A stretch of DNA of 64,000 nucleotides from assembly GCA_963665325.3 (NCBI GenBank), contig CAXXWS020000003.1, forward strand, positions 992,001-1,056,000, given 5' to 3'. The notes beneath the pieces were generated by a model, which did no database searches, was not told the DNA's origin, and saw only the letters and a list, made by a program, of their open reading frames with translations. Position numbers and translations under genes: made by a program. Position 1 is the first letter of the stretch. The number at the start of each line of letters is the position of its first letter. This document shows positions 1 through 11,679 of the stretch, piece after piece. Source of the stretch: Alphaproteobacteria bacterium. Lineage in GTDB: Bacteria; Pseudomonadota; Alphaproteobacteria; Bin95.

Positions 1-581
1 TCGTCCACCGCCTCCGCCCGACGGCGCAGGTCGCGGGAAACGAGCGTGCCGGCCGCAAGCCCCGCCAGCAGGATCAACCCCCCGGCCGCCGTGCCGAACA
101 CGACGATCCGGCGGCTGAGCGCGATTTCCTCGTCGATGTCGTGAGCGACCAGAAGCCGGAATCCGTCGGGGAGGTTGGCGACATAAGCGCGAGCCGTGTG
201 CCGGTGGGAAGGCTCGCCGTCATGCGCGCGGCGATAGTGGAAATCGTGCCACCGGCCGGGCTGTTGCGCTGCCTCCGGCCATGATGCGAGGTTGCCGGCC
301 GCCTTGCGCCCGCGGCGGTCCACCAGCAGGTAAAGCGACCGGCCCTCGCGCCTGCTTCGCCCGTCTATGACGGCGCTGAGCCGGAGCGGCCCGAACGCCC
401 GGTAATGCTCCGCCAGCCCTTCCAGTTCCGCCCGCACGATCTGCCGGCTCTCCTCCTGCAGCGCCTGCAGGGACTCGCTGTAGAGAAAGCGGAAGCCGGC
501 GAAGCCGAAGACCCCCAGCACGGCCAGATAGACCAACGTCAGCCGGAAGGCCGAGGTACGCAGCAGGTCAGTCGGGCGCAA
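1..581 (-). CDS. Sensor histidine kinase, N-terminal part (runs off the window edge)
   Basis: My own translation from TTG at 581 (MRPTDLLRTSAFRLTLVYL...) shows two hydrophobic segments around a periplasmic region; it overlaps the stop of the response regulator. Confidence 0.8.
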   Translation of the reverse strand, partial: MRPTDLLRTSAFRLTLVYLAVLGVFGFAGFRFLYSESLQALQEESRQIVRAELEGLAEHYRAFGPLRLSAVIDGRSRREGRSLYLLVDRRGRKAAGNLASWPEAAQQPGRWHDFHYRRAHDGEPSHRHTARAYVANLPDGFRLLVAHDIDEEIALSRRIVVFGTAAGGLILLAGLAAGTLVSRDLRRRAEAVD

Positions 582-1251
582 GGCGGTATCCGACTCCCCT
601 GACGGTATGCAGCAACGGCCGGTCGAAGCCCTTGTCGATCTTGGCCCTCAGCCGCGAAATCTGGGCGTCGATCACATTGGTTCCCGGATCGAAGCGGATA
701 TCCCAGACCTGCTCCAGCAGCATGGTCCGCGTGACCACGCGCCCGGCATGTTCGGCCAGCACTTCAAGCAGGCGGAACTCCTTGGGCTTGAGCGGCACCG
801 GCAGCGGCTTTCCCGCCCGGTAAACCCGGCGCTCAAGGCGGTGGATTTCCAGATCGCCGATGGCGATGTCGGTCTCGGCCGCTGCCGGGGCGCGCCGCCG
901 GGCGAGCGCCTCGATGCGCGCGCGCAGCTCCGCAAAGGCGAACGGCTTGGCCAGATAGTCGTCGCCTCCGGCGTCCAGCCCCTTCACCCGGTTGCCGACG
1001 CTGCCGAGCGCGGTGAGGAACAGGACTGGCGTGCGGTCGCCGGCCGCGCGCAGTTCCCGGACCAGCGTAAGGCCGTCCAGCTCCGGCAGCATCCGGTCCA
1101 CCACCAGCACATCGAAATCGCCTTCGAGCGCGATCTCCAGCCCGTCGCGCCCGTCTTCCGCGGTTTCGACGCGATGTCCCTCTTCGCGCAGGCCCTTGGC
1201 CGTATAGGCCGCCGTCTCGCTTTCGTCTTCGACGATGAGGATGTTGAGCAT
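568..1251 (-). CDS. OmpR-family response regulator
   Basis: Receiver domain (ILIVEDE, DRMLP, DYLAKPF) plus winged helix (LHTVRGVGY). Confidence 0.95.
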   Translation of the reverse strand: MLNILIVEDESETAAYTAKGLREEGHRVETAEDGRDGLEIALEGDFDVLVVDRMLPELDGLTLVRELRAAGDRTPVLFLTALGSVGNRVKGLDAGGDDYLAKPFAFAELRARIEALARRRAPAAAETDIAIGDLEIHRLERRVYRAGKPLPVPLKPKEFRLLEVLAEHAGRVVTRTMLLEQVWDIRFDPGTNVIDAQISRLRAKIDKGFDRPLLHTVRGVGYRLAPD

Positions 1252-1290
1252 GGCGCCGTAATCCTAACACGGAGTTGGCAAGGGAAAGAG

Positions 1291-1332
1291 CCGGACGCCC
1301 GCCGGGGGGAGGAGAAACCGGCGGGCGTCCGG
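1291..1332 (-). terminator. Probable intrinsic terminator or stem-loop after degP
   Basis: Perfect 15-bp inverted repeat CCGGACGCCCGCCGG/CCGGCGGGCGTCCGG just downstream of the degP stop, followed by CTCTTT on the minus strand. Confidence 0.6.
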
Positions 1333-1340
1333 GGGCGGGG

Positions 1341-2795
1341 TCAGGCCGTGCCGAGCGGCAATGCCACGAACCGGTCCCGGTTCTCCCGCCTGAGGAGCAT
1401 GACGACCGCCTTGCGGCCGGCGGTCTTGAGCTCGGCGACGATCCCGTCCACGTCGGCGGGCGTCTCGACGGCGCGCCGGTCCACCGACAGCAGCACATCG
1501 CCCTTCTTCACGCCCTTGCGGGCCGCGGGGCTGCCCGGCGCGACATCCGCGACCACAACCTTGCCGTCCGCCTTGCCGAGATCGAGCCCGGCGAAACCGC
1601 CGGCCGGGGCGGCGGCCTCGGCGGTCCGGTCGCTTGCAGGCATGGCGGCAAGCGTCACCTCGGCGCTCGCTTCCGCGCCGTCCCGCCAGAACCCGAGCGC
1701 CACGGTCTCGCCCGGGTCCCGCTCGGCGATCATGCGCGGCAGGCGGCGCATCTCGCCGATGCGCTTGCCGTCCACCTCCAGGATCACATCGCCGGGCTGG
1801 ATGCCCGCGCCCGCCGCCGGCCCGGAGGGATCGACCGATGCCACCAGCGCGCCTTCGGCCTTGTCGAGGCCGAGGCCGGCCGCAAGGTCGTCGCCGACAT
1901 GCTGGATGTGCACGCCGAGGCGCCCGCGCTCGACCGCGCCGCTTGCCTTCAGCTCCGCCACGATATCGCCTGCCAGCTCTGCCGGAACGGCGAAGCCGAT
2001 GCCGACGCTGCCGCCATTCGGCGAGAAGATCGCCGTGTTCACGCCGATGACCTCACCCTGGAGGTTGAAGGTCGGGCCGCCGGAATTGCCGCGGTTGATC
2101 GGGGCGGAAATCTGGAGGAAGTCGTCATAAGGACCGGCTCCGATCTGGCGCCCGCGCGCCGAGACGATACCGGCCGTGGCGGAATGGCCGAGGCCGAAGG
2201 GGTTGCCGACAGCCACGACCCAGTCGCCGACCCGCACTTGCCCGGAGTCCGCGAATGCGACATGCGGCAGCGCCTCCTCCGCCTCGACCTTCAGGAGCGC
2301 GAGGTCGGTTTTCGGGTCCGCGCCGACCAGGCGGGCGGGCAGCTTCCGCTTGTCATGGAAGGTGACGGCGATCTCCTTCGCGCCCGCCACGACATGGTGG
2401 TTGGTGACGATGTGGCCGTCAGCCGAGATGACGAAGCCGGAGCCCACGCCCGTTGCCGGCTGCCACTCGCGCCATTTCTCCGGCCAGGGCGCGCGGTCGC
2501 CGAAGAAGCGGCGCATGAACTCCTGCGGGCCCGCAGGCATGGCCGCCTTGACGCTCTTTTCGACGCGGATGTTCACCACGGCGGGCGTCACCCTCTCGAT
2601 GGTCCCGGCAAGGCTCGGCAGCGCGGCGGCTGCGGCATCGGGTGGCCCGGAGCTCTGGAGCGCACCCACATGGTAGGCGCCGCCGGCCGCAAGCGCGCCG
2701 CCGAGCAGGATCGCGGCGAGCGCGCGCCGGGCCGGCGGACGAACGAACAGTCTGGTTTGCATGAAGTCTTCCCTTCTGCTGACGGTGCGGCGCAA
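1341..2795 (-). CDS. Do/DegP (HtrA) serine endoprotease with two PDZ domains
   Basis: TNHHVV, DLALLK and GNSGGP triad motifs; signal-like N-terminus; real start probably at MQTRL. Confidence 0.95.
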   Translation of the reverse strand: MRRTVSRREDFMQTRLFVRPPARRALAAILLGGALAAGGAYHVGALQSSGPPDAAAAALPSLAGTIERVTPAVVNIRVEKSVKAAMPAGPQEFMRRFFGDRAPWPEKWREWQPATGVGSGFVISADGHIVTNHHVVAGAKEIAVTFHDKRKLPARLVGADPKTDLALLKVEAEEALPHVAFADSGQVRVGDWVVAVGNPFGLGHSATAGIVSARGRQIGAGPYDDFLQISAPINRGNSGGPTFNLQGEVIGVNTAIFSPNGGSVGIGFAVPAELAGDIVAELKASGAVERGRLGVHIQHVGDDLAAGLGLDKAEGALVASVDPSGPAAGAGIQPGDVILEVDGKRIGEMRRLPRMIAERDPGETVALGFWRDGAEASAEVTLAAMPASDRTAEAAAPAGGFAGLDLGKADGKVVVADVAPGSPAARKGVKKGDVLLSVDRRAVETPADVDGIVAELKTAGRKAVVMLLRRENRDRFVALPLGTA

Positions 2796-2848
2796 GCCGC
2801 GTTCCGCAGAAGATAGGGGGCCCGCCTTACCGGGACCTTGCCGCCGCC

Positions 2849-3829
2849 TTACGATCCGGCAAGGAAACGGGCCAGCAGGCGCCGGGCGGCCGCGGCCGGC
2901 GCGGCGCGGCCGGCTTCCACTTCATGCTCCAGCTTTTCCGCAAGTTCGCGCAGACCCTCATCGCGCCGGACGGCCGACAGTGCGCCCTCGGAAACCTCAT
3001 TCCACATCCACGCCCTGGCCTGCCGGGTCCGGCGTTCCTCGAGCCCGCTGCCCAGCGCCTCGCGGAAGGCTGCGACCGCCTCCCAGGCCTCCGCGATCCC
3101 CTCCCCGGTCAGCGCCGAGCAGGTTTGCACCCGCGCTGTCCAGCCGGGCACGGCTGGGCGCAACAGATGCATCGCCGCGTCATAGTCGGCCGCCGTCCGC
3201 CGCGCCTGCGCGGCAAGATCGCCGTCGGCCTTGTTGACCAGCACCATGTCGGCAAGCTCGACAATGCCGCGCTTGATGCCCTGCAGCTCGTCGCCGCCGG
3301 CCGGCAGCAGCAGCAGCAGGAACATGTCCACCATGTCGGCAACGGCCGTTTCCGACTGGCCGACACCGACCGTCTCCACCAGCACCACGTCGAACCCGGC
3401 AGCCTCGCACGCCAGCATCGCCTCTCGCGTGCGCCGTGCTACGCCGCCTAGCGTCTCGCCGGCCGGCGAGGGACGGATGAAGGCGGCAGCGTCACGCGCG
3501 AGCGCCTCCATGCGCGTCTTGTCCCCGAGGATGGAGCCGCCCGAGCGCTTCGAGCTCGGATCGACCGCAAGCACGGCGACACGGTGCCCTGCGTCGATGA
3601 CATGCCGACCGAACGACTCGATGAAGGTCGATTTGCCGACCCCCGGCGCACCGCTGATGCCGAGCCGCACCGAGCGACCGGCTTCCGGCAGCAGCATCTC
3701 CAGAAGCGCATCGGCCCGGCCCCGATGGTCGGGACGCGAGGACTCGATCAGCGTGATCGCGCGCGCCAGCGCCCGGCGTTCACCCGACAGCACGGCCGCC
3801 GCAAGGCGGGGAGGGTCGTTCTCCTCCAT
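2849..3829 (-). CDS. meaB: Methylmalonyl-CoA mutase-associated GTPase MeaB
   Basis: GAPGVGKST, DPSSKRSGGSILGDKTRM, ETVGVGQSE, NKAD; adjacent to the mutase. Confidence 0.95.
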   Translation of the reverse strand: MEENDPPRLAAAVLSGERRALARAITLIESSRPDHRGRADALLEMLLPEAGRSVRLGISGAPGVGKSTFIESFGRHVIDAGHRVAVLAVDPSSKRSGGSILGDKTRMEALARDAAAFIRPSPAGETLGGVARRTREAMLACEAAGFDVVLVETVGVGQSETAVADMVDMFLLLLLPAGGDELQGIKRGIVELADMVLVNKADGDLAAQARRTAADYDAAMHLLRPAVPGWTARVQTCSALTGEGIAEAWEAVAAFREALGSGLEERRTRQARAWMWNEVSEGALSAVRRDEGLRELAEKLEHEVEAGRAAPAAAARRLLARFLAGS

Positions 3830-3852
3830 GCGTCCCGCAGCCGCAGCGCCGC

Positions 3853-6003
<2,151 letters not shown>

Positions 6004-6082
6004 GGCAGCCTCTCCGTTCCGTCCGGCGGGGAGGCCATTTTACAGCGACTCGGCGGCAGGGCGGGAGTCCGCCTGTCCGGCC

Positions 6083-6373
6083 TCAGTCCGCCCCTTCGAC
6101 CGCAACGAATTCGCCGATGCCGGCATGCTCCCTGAGCGCCTTGATCTCGGTGTATTCCGGCGAGTTGTAGAACTCCTTCGCCCGTTCCATCGAGGGGAAC
6201 TCGATGATGACCATCCGGTCCTTGAATTCGGGGCCTTCGAGCGTCACGGCCTCGCCGCCCCGGGCGATGAAGCGTCCGCCGAAGGAAGCGACGCAATCGG
6301 GCGTGCGGGCGGCATAGCGCTTGTACCGCTCGGGATCGGTCACCTTCATGCGGACCACGATATAGGCGCTCAT
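6083..6373 (-). CDS. DUF1330-family protein
   Basis: 96 aa; FGGRFIARGG, IIEFPS and FYNSPEY pattern. Confidence 0.85.
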   Translation of the reverse strand: MSAYIVVRMKVTDPERYKRYAARTPDCVASFGGRFIARGGEAVTLEGPEFKDRMVIIEFPSMERAKEFYNSPEYTEIKALREHAGIGEFVAVEGAD

Positions 6374-6434
6374 CGGGGGCTTCTCCTTCTTGCCGGCGGG
6401 TTTCGATTGCCGTCCACTCTACCGCAGCTCCGGT

Positions 6435-7037
6435 TCAGGGGACATGAGCCCGGGGCACCATGTCCGTGCCGGCTTCGCGGTCGGTGAGGGCCGGGTAACG
6501 GCGCGGGCGGAAGAGCTGGTAATGCCACCATTCGCGCATGTAGAAGTCCCAGCCGGCGGCGCTCATCAGGCCGAGGAGGAGCGCGCGGTTGCGCTGCGCT
6601 TCCGGGGAGACGGCCGCCGAGCCGTGGTGCGAGGCCGGCGTCAGGTCGTCGAAGCCTGTGCCCATGTCGAGCGGCGCGCCATCCCCGCCGGTCAGCGTCA
6701 GATCGACGGCGACGCCGCGCGTGTGGATGCCGCCCCGACGCGGGTCGCTGATGTATTCGGGGTCGGGGATGGCGCGCCAGAGCGCCCATTGCGCCTCCAG
6801 CGGCCGAAAGGCGTCGAAGAGCAGGAGACCCAGCCCCTGCGCCCGCGAGAGTTCCGCCGCCCGGACCAGCGCCGCTTCCGCCTCCGGCACGAGCCAGGCG
6901 GCCGGGCGGGCATAGATGGGCTTGCCTGCGACATTGTCCGCCCGTGCATAGGCGATGTCGAAGGCGACGCCGTGGCGCTCCGGCGATATCTCGACAAGCA
7001 TGGCGACAGACTCTACCGGCGTCTCACCGGACCGCAC
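6435..7037 (-). CDS. ddpX: D-alanyl-D-alanine dipeptidase (VanX/DdpX family)
   Basis: DAFRP, HTRGVAVDLTL, DMGTGFD and EWWHY zinc motifs. Confidence 0.9.
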   Translation of the reverse strand: MRSGETPVESVAMLVEISPERHGVAFDIAYARADNVAGKPIYARPAAWLVPEAEAALVRAAELSRAQGLGLLLFDAFRPLEAQWALWRAIPDPEYISDPRRGGIHTRGVAVDLTLTGGDGAPLDMGTGFDDLTPASHHGSAAVSPEAQRNRALLLGLMSAAGWDFYMREWWHYQLFRPRRYPALTDREAGTDMVPRAHVP

Positions 7038-7497
7038 CGGGTTCGAGGAAGATCAGGACGATCCCGGCCGCGATCATGGCGGCTCCGGCGAATTGCCGCC
7101 ACCCGAAGGCTTCGCCGAAGACTACCGCCGAAGCGATCGTTGCGATTGCGACGGTGCCCGCGACGATCACCGGAATCGCCACCCCGGCCCGCATGGGCCT
7201 GTCCAGGCCTATCCCGCCGAAGAGGTAGAAATATCCGATCTCCGCAACGCCGATGCATATGCCGGCCAGCACGGCCCAGAGATACGCCCGCGGCGCGAGC
7301 GAGAAGACGTGGCCGCCCTGCGCCGCCAGAAATCCCAGAAACAGGACCGAGGTCGAAAGAGCCGCCACTTGCAGGCAAACGGTTGCCAGCACGGTGGTCG
7401 TCGCGGTCGCCGGGACATGGCCTCCCGACAGCTTGATGAGAAGGTTGTAGCCCGCGTAGAGCAGCGTCACCGCAGCCAGAAGCATCGCAGCGACCAT
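7024..7497 (-). CDS. Small DMT/EamA-like membrane protein
   Basis: About five hydrophobic segments; C-terminal FGEAFGWRQFAGAAMIAAGIVL. Confidence 0.7.
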   Translation of the reverse strand: MVAAMLLAAVTLLYAGYNLLIKLSGGHVPATATTTVLATVCLQVAALSTSVLFLGFLAAQGGHVFSLAPRAYLWAVLAGICIGVAEIGYFYLFGGIGLDRPMRAGVAIPVIVAGTVAIATIASAVVFGEAFGWRQFAGAAMIAAGIVLIFLEPGAVR

Positions 7498-7539
7498 GAG
7501 CGCTCTCCATCCGGTTTCTCTCAGGGCCAGCCGGATCGT

Positions 7540-7727
7540 TCAGGCGGCCCTGCTCCTGCCGTAGCTGTCCATCGCGGCCAGTACCTCGTCCAGCGACCGG
7601 CGGGCGCCGGTCTGCAGATATTCCATCGCCCGCAATGCAGCTTCATGCGCCTCCGGGCCGGACCCCGCAACGCAATCCTCGATCACGCGGCAGAAATAGT
7701 CGCCCTGATGGCCGTCGACGAAGGTGT
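7540..7727 (-). pseudogene. 3' fragment (~61 codons) of the cysteine hydrolase gene split by the element
   Basis: Not in the ORF track because it has no start codon. Translates TFVDGHQGDYFCRVIEDCVAGSGPEAHEAALRAMEYLQTGARRSLDEVLAAMDSYGRSRAA*, continuing the reading frame broken at 38530. Confidence 0.9.
7718..7727. repeat. Left att core (10-bp direct repeat ACGAAGGTGT)
   Basis: Identical to 38530-38539 and located exactly at the gene break. Confidence 0.9.
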
Positions 7728-8050
7728 GCCTGACGAACTCGATCTAATTCGCTTGTAGGCATTGTTGGGGCGCTTGCGTTTCCTCGTAGGAAAGGACAGT
7801 ATAGCAACAAGTTGGGGGAACGGCAAGGTCGAAAGGCAAGGGAACTATCTTGTATGAATGGCGAGCCTGTGTTCCACCAATTTGCATCGTGGGGCGCTTC
7901 GATGGCATATAATACGGTGAATGGAGGAAATGGCGGGGTTCCAGCAGTTGTCGATTGCTTGCTGTAGTAGTGCTCATATGAATGAACCATGGGTTTTGAC
8001 TATATGAAACTGTATATAACCGGACCGGGGCGCGGCTCACGGAGGGACCG

Positions 8051-8362
8051 ATGCAGGGTGGCGGCACTGTCGAAAAGCGCAAGGGGCGCTGCATCATGGC
8101 GACCGACACGGAATGGCGGCGCATCACCGAGCGCGCCGGCAAGGCCGGACTGCCGATCTCGCGCTTTGCGGTGCAGCGCCTGCTCGAACCGGCCGGCGGG
8201 ACGGCCGCGCCGCCGAGCCTGCCGCGGCAGGTAGCGCGGGACCTCCGGGTGCTGGTCGCGATCGAGGAGCGGCGCTTCCGCGCGGACAATGCCGGGACGG
8301 ACTGGGAGGAGCTGGTCGCCGGGGCGGAGGCGGAACTGGACGGCGAGGAGGCGATGGGGTGA
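8051..8362 (+). CDS. MobC/NikA-like ribbon-helix-helix protein 1
   Basis: RCIMATDTEWRRITERAGKAGLPISRFAV; GGAGG upstream. Confidence 0.7.
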   Translation: MQGGGTVEKRKGRCIMATDTEWRRITERAGKAGLPISRFAVQRLLEPAGGTAAPPSLPRQVARDLRVLVAIEERRFRADNAGTDWEELVAGAEAELDGEEAMG

Positions 8363-8691
8363 GGCGCCATCACCAGCATTGCGTGTCCTGCACGGACAGC
8401 GAGTGGCGGGCGATCAAGTCGCGGGCGGAAGAGGCGGGCATGAGCCTCTCGCAGTTCGTCGTCGGCTGCGCGCTGGGCGATGATGAAACGGTCACGCCGC
8501 TTGTGCTGACGGAGGAGGAGCAGCGCCGTCTCTACAGCCGGGTGAACCGGTTGCTGCTGGCCTGCCTCGACCTGACGGCGCCGCTGCCAGGAACGGCGGT
8601 GACGCTCAGGGAGGCGGTGGAGTTCCTGTGGCGGGCAGGCGGTGGGCCGGACCAGGCCGGGCTGCGCGAGCCTGGAGGGGAAGCGGGATGA
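8359..8691 (+). CDS. MobC/NikA-like RHH protein 2
   Basis: GTG start overlaps the previous TGA (GTGA); HCVSCTDSEWRAIKSRAEEAGMSLSQFVV. Confidence 0.7.
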   Translation: MRRHHQHCVSCTDSEWRAIKSRAEEAGMSLSQFVVGCALGDDETVTPLVLTEEEQRRLYSRVNRLLLACLDLTAPLPGTAVTLREAVEFLWRAGGGPDQAGLREPGGEAG

Positions 8692-9119
8692 GGCCGCCAC
8701 GGGAGAGGGTGAGGAACCGCTCGATCTCGTGCAGCCGGCTGGACTGGCTGCGGATCGGGGAGCGGGCCGGCGAGGCGGGCCAGCCGATATCCCGCTATGT
8801 CGTAGCGCGGGCATTGTCGGGGACGCCGGCGCCGAAGCCTTCGGCGGCGCAGCCGCTGGTGCTGGACGCGGAGGAGCAGCGCCGGCTTCTGGACGGCGTG
8901 CTGCGCATGGCGGACCTGCTGTCGGGCGCCATGGCCCCGGAGGGTGAGGACAGGCCCGGTCTGCCGGGGGCGGTCGGGGCGCTGTTCGCGGCGAAGCTCG
9001 ACGAGATGGCGCGCACGGGCCGCTACGCCGAGATGAGGGCGCTTCTGGACCGGGTTCTGGGGGAGGAGCGCGCCGAGGGCATTGCGGACGATGTCTATGC
9101 GCGCGCCCGGCGGCGATGA
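8688..9119 (+). CDS. MobC/NikA-like RHH protein 3
   Basis: ATGA coupling; RSISCSRLDWLRIGERAGEAGQPISRYVV. Confidence 0.7.
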   Translation: MRPPRERVRNRSISCSRLDWLRIGERAGEAGQPISRYVVARALSGTPAPKPSAAQPLVLDAEEQRRLLDGVLRMADLLSGAMAPEGEDRPGLPGAVGALFAAKLDEMARTGRYAEMRALLDRVLGEERAEGIADDVYARARRR

Positions 9120-9135
9120 AGGCCGCTGCTGCCGA

Positions 9136-9383
9136 TCTTGTGATAAGCTTATGTCACAGACTGTGATATTCTTGTGATATCCGAACGAGTTGGCCGCCGA
9201 AATCTTTTTGTGGCTTTCTTGTGTTAATTGTGATATTCTTATGATACAGCTTGGGCCGAATTCTCTTGTGATAAAATTATGCTTCTTGTTCTATTTTTAT
9301 GATGCTAACCATTGTGGGCCGCCAGCGCCCCAATGGGGCGGTGGCGTGCCGGAGGGGCAGCATATCATAAGAACATCATAAGA
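9136..9383. repeat. AT-rich region with repeated TCTT(G/A)TGAT(A) boxes and a central hairpin
   Basis: Boxes at 9136, 9162/9170, 9229/9237 and 9264; inverted tandem pair at 9363-9383; hairpin CGCCCCA-A-TGGGGCG near 9326-9340. Confidence 0.75.
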
Positions 9384-9456
9384 TTTCGTCAGACCATTTC
9401 CGCTTCTCATCGCATTTCGGTGCGTGGCGATGAAGGCCCGGGGAGGCTGAGCCGGC

Positions 9457-10236
9457 ATGATCGGGAAGCGTGCGCGAGGCTTCTACTGCACGCGGGAAGA
9501 GCGGTCTGCGATCGGGGCGCGGGCAGCCGCGGCGGGGCTGTCCGTCTCCCGCCTGGTGCTCGACCTCGTGCATGACGACATTGCCGACGGCCCCGATTCG
9601 GGGCTCACGGCGGAGGAGATGGTGGAACTGCTCGACGGCCTCCGGGTGCTTGCGGCGTATGTGCGGGGCCTGCGCGACAGGACGGCGGAGGACGGCGCTC
9701 CCCGGACCGTTCCCGGAAGCGACGGGAGGCATCATGGGGATGTCGGGGATCGCGCCTGCGGAACGCCGGCGGACCGGGTGCGCCTGTCGGTCTCGGCGAC
9801 GGACGGAGAGTGGGCGGCTGTCCATGAGCGGGCGCGGCAGGGCGGTCTGTCTATCTCGCGCTATCTCGGTGGCCTCCTGTTGCCGGACGCCGCTGTCGAG
9901 GGTCCGCTGCCGGCGCTCAGCGGCGTGGAGCAGCGCGAAGTGCTGGAGGCGGTGCGGCACATGCGTTTGCTGCTTTCCGAAGCGGAAGCGCCCGGCGCCG
10001 GTTCGACCGGAATGCCGGACCGGTTTTCGGCTTCGCTCGATGCCGGAGGGTCTGTGCTCGACGAAGACGGCCGGGAGGAAAGGTCCGGCGCTCGACCTTC
10101 CGCCAGCCCTGACGGCGGGCATGTCGAAACAGGCGATGCCGGACCCCGTTCGCCGCCGCTCGCAGCCGAGAGTTCGAAACCGGCGGAAACGGCCGAGACC
10201 GATCCGGACCCGTCCGACCAGGGCGCCCTGTTCTGA
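9457..10236 (+). CDS. Protein with two tandem RHH-like modules
   Basis: GFYCTREERSAIGARAAAAGLSVSRLV and LSVSATDGEWAAVHERARQGGLSISRYL; low-complexity tail. Confidence 0.65.
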   Translation: MIGKRARGFYCTREERSAIGARAAAAGLSVSRLVLDLVHDDIADGPDSGLTAEEMVELLDGLRVLAAYVRGLRDRTAEDGAPRTVPGSDGRHHGDVGDRACGTPADRVRLSVSATDGEWAAVHERARQGGLSISRYLGGLLLPDAAVEGPLPALSGVEQREVLEAVRHMRLLLSEAEAPGAGSTGMPDRFSASLDAGGSVLDEDGREERSGARPSASPDGGHVETGDAGPRSPPLAAESSKPAETAETDPDPSDQGALF

Positions 10237-10326
10237 ACCGGAGCGTCGGCTCGATTGCCCTCTCGCGGTTCGGCGGTCCGCCGACTTTCGGGCTCGCCGG
10301 AACGCTGCGGTCGTCTTTGCCCGGGT

Positions 10327-11664
10327 TCACTCAACCGGCGCCGGCACTTTCTCTTCGCGAAAGATGCAGGGAAACGGGTCATCCGCCGGAACCTGCAACG
10401 ACCCGGATCGAAGACAGAACGGCAATGCCCATAGCCGCAGCCCCTCCGCCCCTGAAAACAGGAACGGCGGCAGGGGCCGGTCGAACGCGTCCGTTTTCGG
10501 ATAGACCAGGGCCATGTCACCCCGCCCCCCGTCGAGATAGTTCAGGCCGTAGGCCAGCATCTGGTAGAAGTCGCGCTCCGACAGGCCGTATTTCTGCCTG
10601 GGGTCGTCGAGCCGGGCGTCCAGAAGCTTCCATTTCGTATCCAGAACCAGCCGGTTGCGATTGCCCTCGCGCACCAGAATGTCCGGGACGAGCCGGAACC
10701 AGTCCCGTTCGCGATGGCGCACCAGATGGCGGCCCCGGGACTGCGTCCTGACGTACCGCGGCCGGATGACCTGCCGCAACAGGCGTGCAGCTACGAACGC
10801 CTCGAACAGGGCTTCCATCGGGAACAACAGCGAGGGAGCCGGATGCGAACCGGCGCCGGTCAGGGGCGACAGACCGCCAAGGATCAGGCGGGCCCAGCCG
10901 AGCGCATCGCCATAGTGGGTCATCGTGCGGTCGGGTCTCAAGCGCCGGAAGTCGCCCGCCGGGGCCTGGGACAGAGGAACATCCGCAAACACCGAGCCGA
11001 GTTCTCGAGCCGACCGCTGGTTGGCCGGTAAGCCGGACAGCGCCAGCACCCGGCGCAATGCCGTATGCACAAGCCGGTTCTCCGGCCGGTCTGCCGAGAA
11101 CTCGTCGTGCTCCGTGAAGAAGCGGTCCATGCGAAACATGTTCCGCCGCAGATGCGGCCCCGTCAGCAGCTTGCCGCGCAAGGCCGCAACGTCGTCCTGA
11201 AGGTCGATGTAGTCGCTGCGCAGTCCGTGCTTGACGATGCGCTCGACCGCCCGGAGAAACTCCGAGACGAAGATATCCGGCAAGGGCATGCGCGCGGCCA
11301 GCAGCCTGGCCCTGTCCGTCACGATATGGCGAAAGCCCGGCAGGCACCGGAGCATGTCGATCAGCAATTGCCTTGCCTCTCCGTGTCCTCCGGCGATGAC
11401 CTTGCCGACCTTGGGCAGCACCTCGATCTGGAAACCGTCCGGCGCCTGCACCACGCCGGCGAAACTCGTGACCCGCACGGCTGGACGGCCCCGGTGGCCG
11501 GTCAGGCGGAGCCAGGCGGCTTCGTCTCTGTCCGCGAGAGCCGCGCACTGTCCTTCGAGCCACCGGTACACGCCGGCAGGGACGCTGCGCACAGTCCCGG
11601 TCTCCGGCAAGTCGGGCGGCCCGGCGCACAGCGTATCGAACTCATGGATCGTTATGCCCTTCAT
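10327..11664 (-). CDS. mcrC: McrC-family restriction nuclease subunit
   Basis: IEVLPK, LLFPMEALFEAFV, PD...LDTKWK and DFYQMLAYG (PD-(D/E)XK fold). Confidence 0.92.
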   Translation of the reverse strand: MKGITIHEFDTLCAGPPDLPETGTVRSVPAGVYRWLEGQCAALADRDEAAWLRLTGHRGRPAVRVTSFAGVVQAPDGFQIEVLPKVGKVIAGGHGEARQLLIDMLRCLPGFRHIVTDRARLLAARMPLPDIFVSEFLRAVERIVKHGLRSDYIDLQDDVAALRGKLLTGPHLRRNMFRMDRFFTEHDEFSADRPENRLVHTALRRVLALSGLPANQRSARELGSVFADVPLSQAPAGDFRRLRPDRTMTHYGDALGWARLILGGLSPLTGAGSHPAPSLLFPMEALFEAFVAARLLRQVIRPRYVRTQSRGRHLVRHRERDWFRLVPDILVREGNRNRLVLDTKWKLLDARLDDPRQKYGLSERDFYQMLAYGLNYLDGGRGDMALVYPKTDAFDRPLPPFLFSGAEGLRLWALPFCLRSGSLQVPADDPFPCIFREEKVPAPVE

Positions 11665-11679
11665 GCCGGGGACCGCAAG

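Noticed and set aside
9139-9158. CRP/FNR-like site TGTGA...TCACA
   Set aside because: The spacer is 10 bp rather than 6; the local repeat family explains it better.
9136-9383. CRISPR array
   Set aside because: The repeats are ~10 bp, irregularly spaced and in both orientations; no cas genes.
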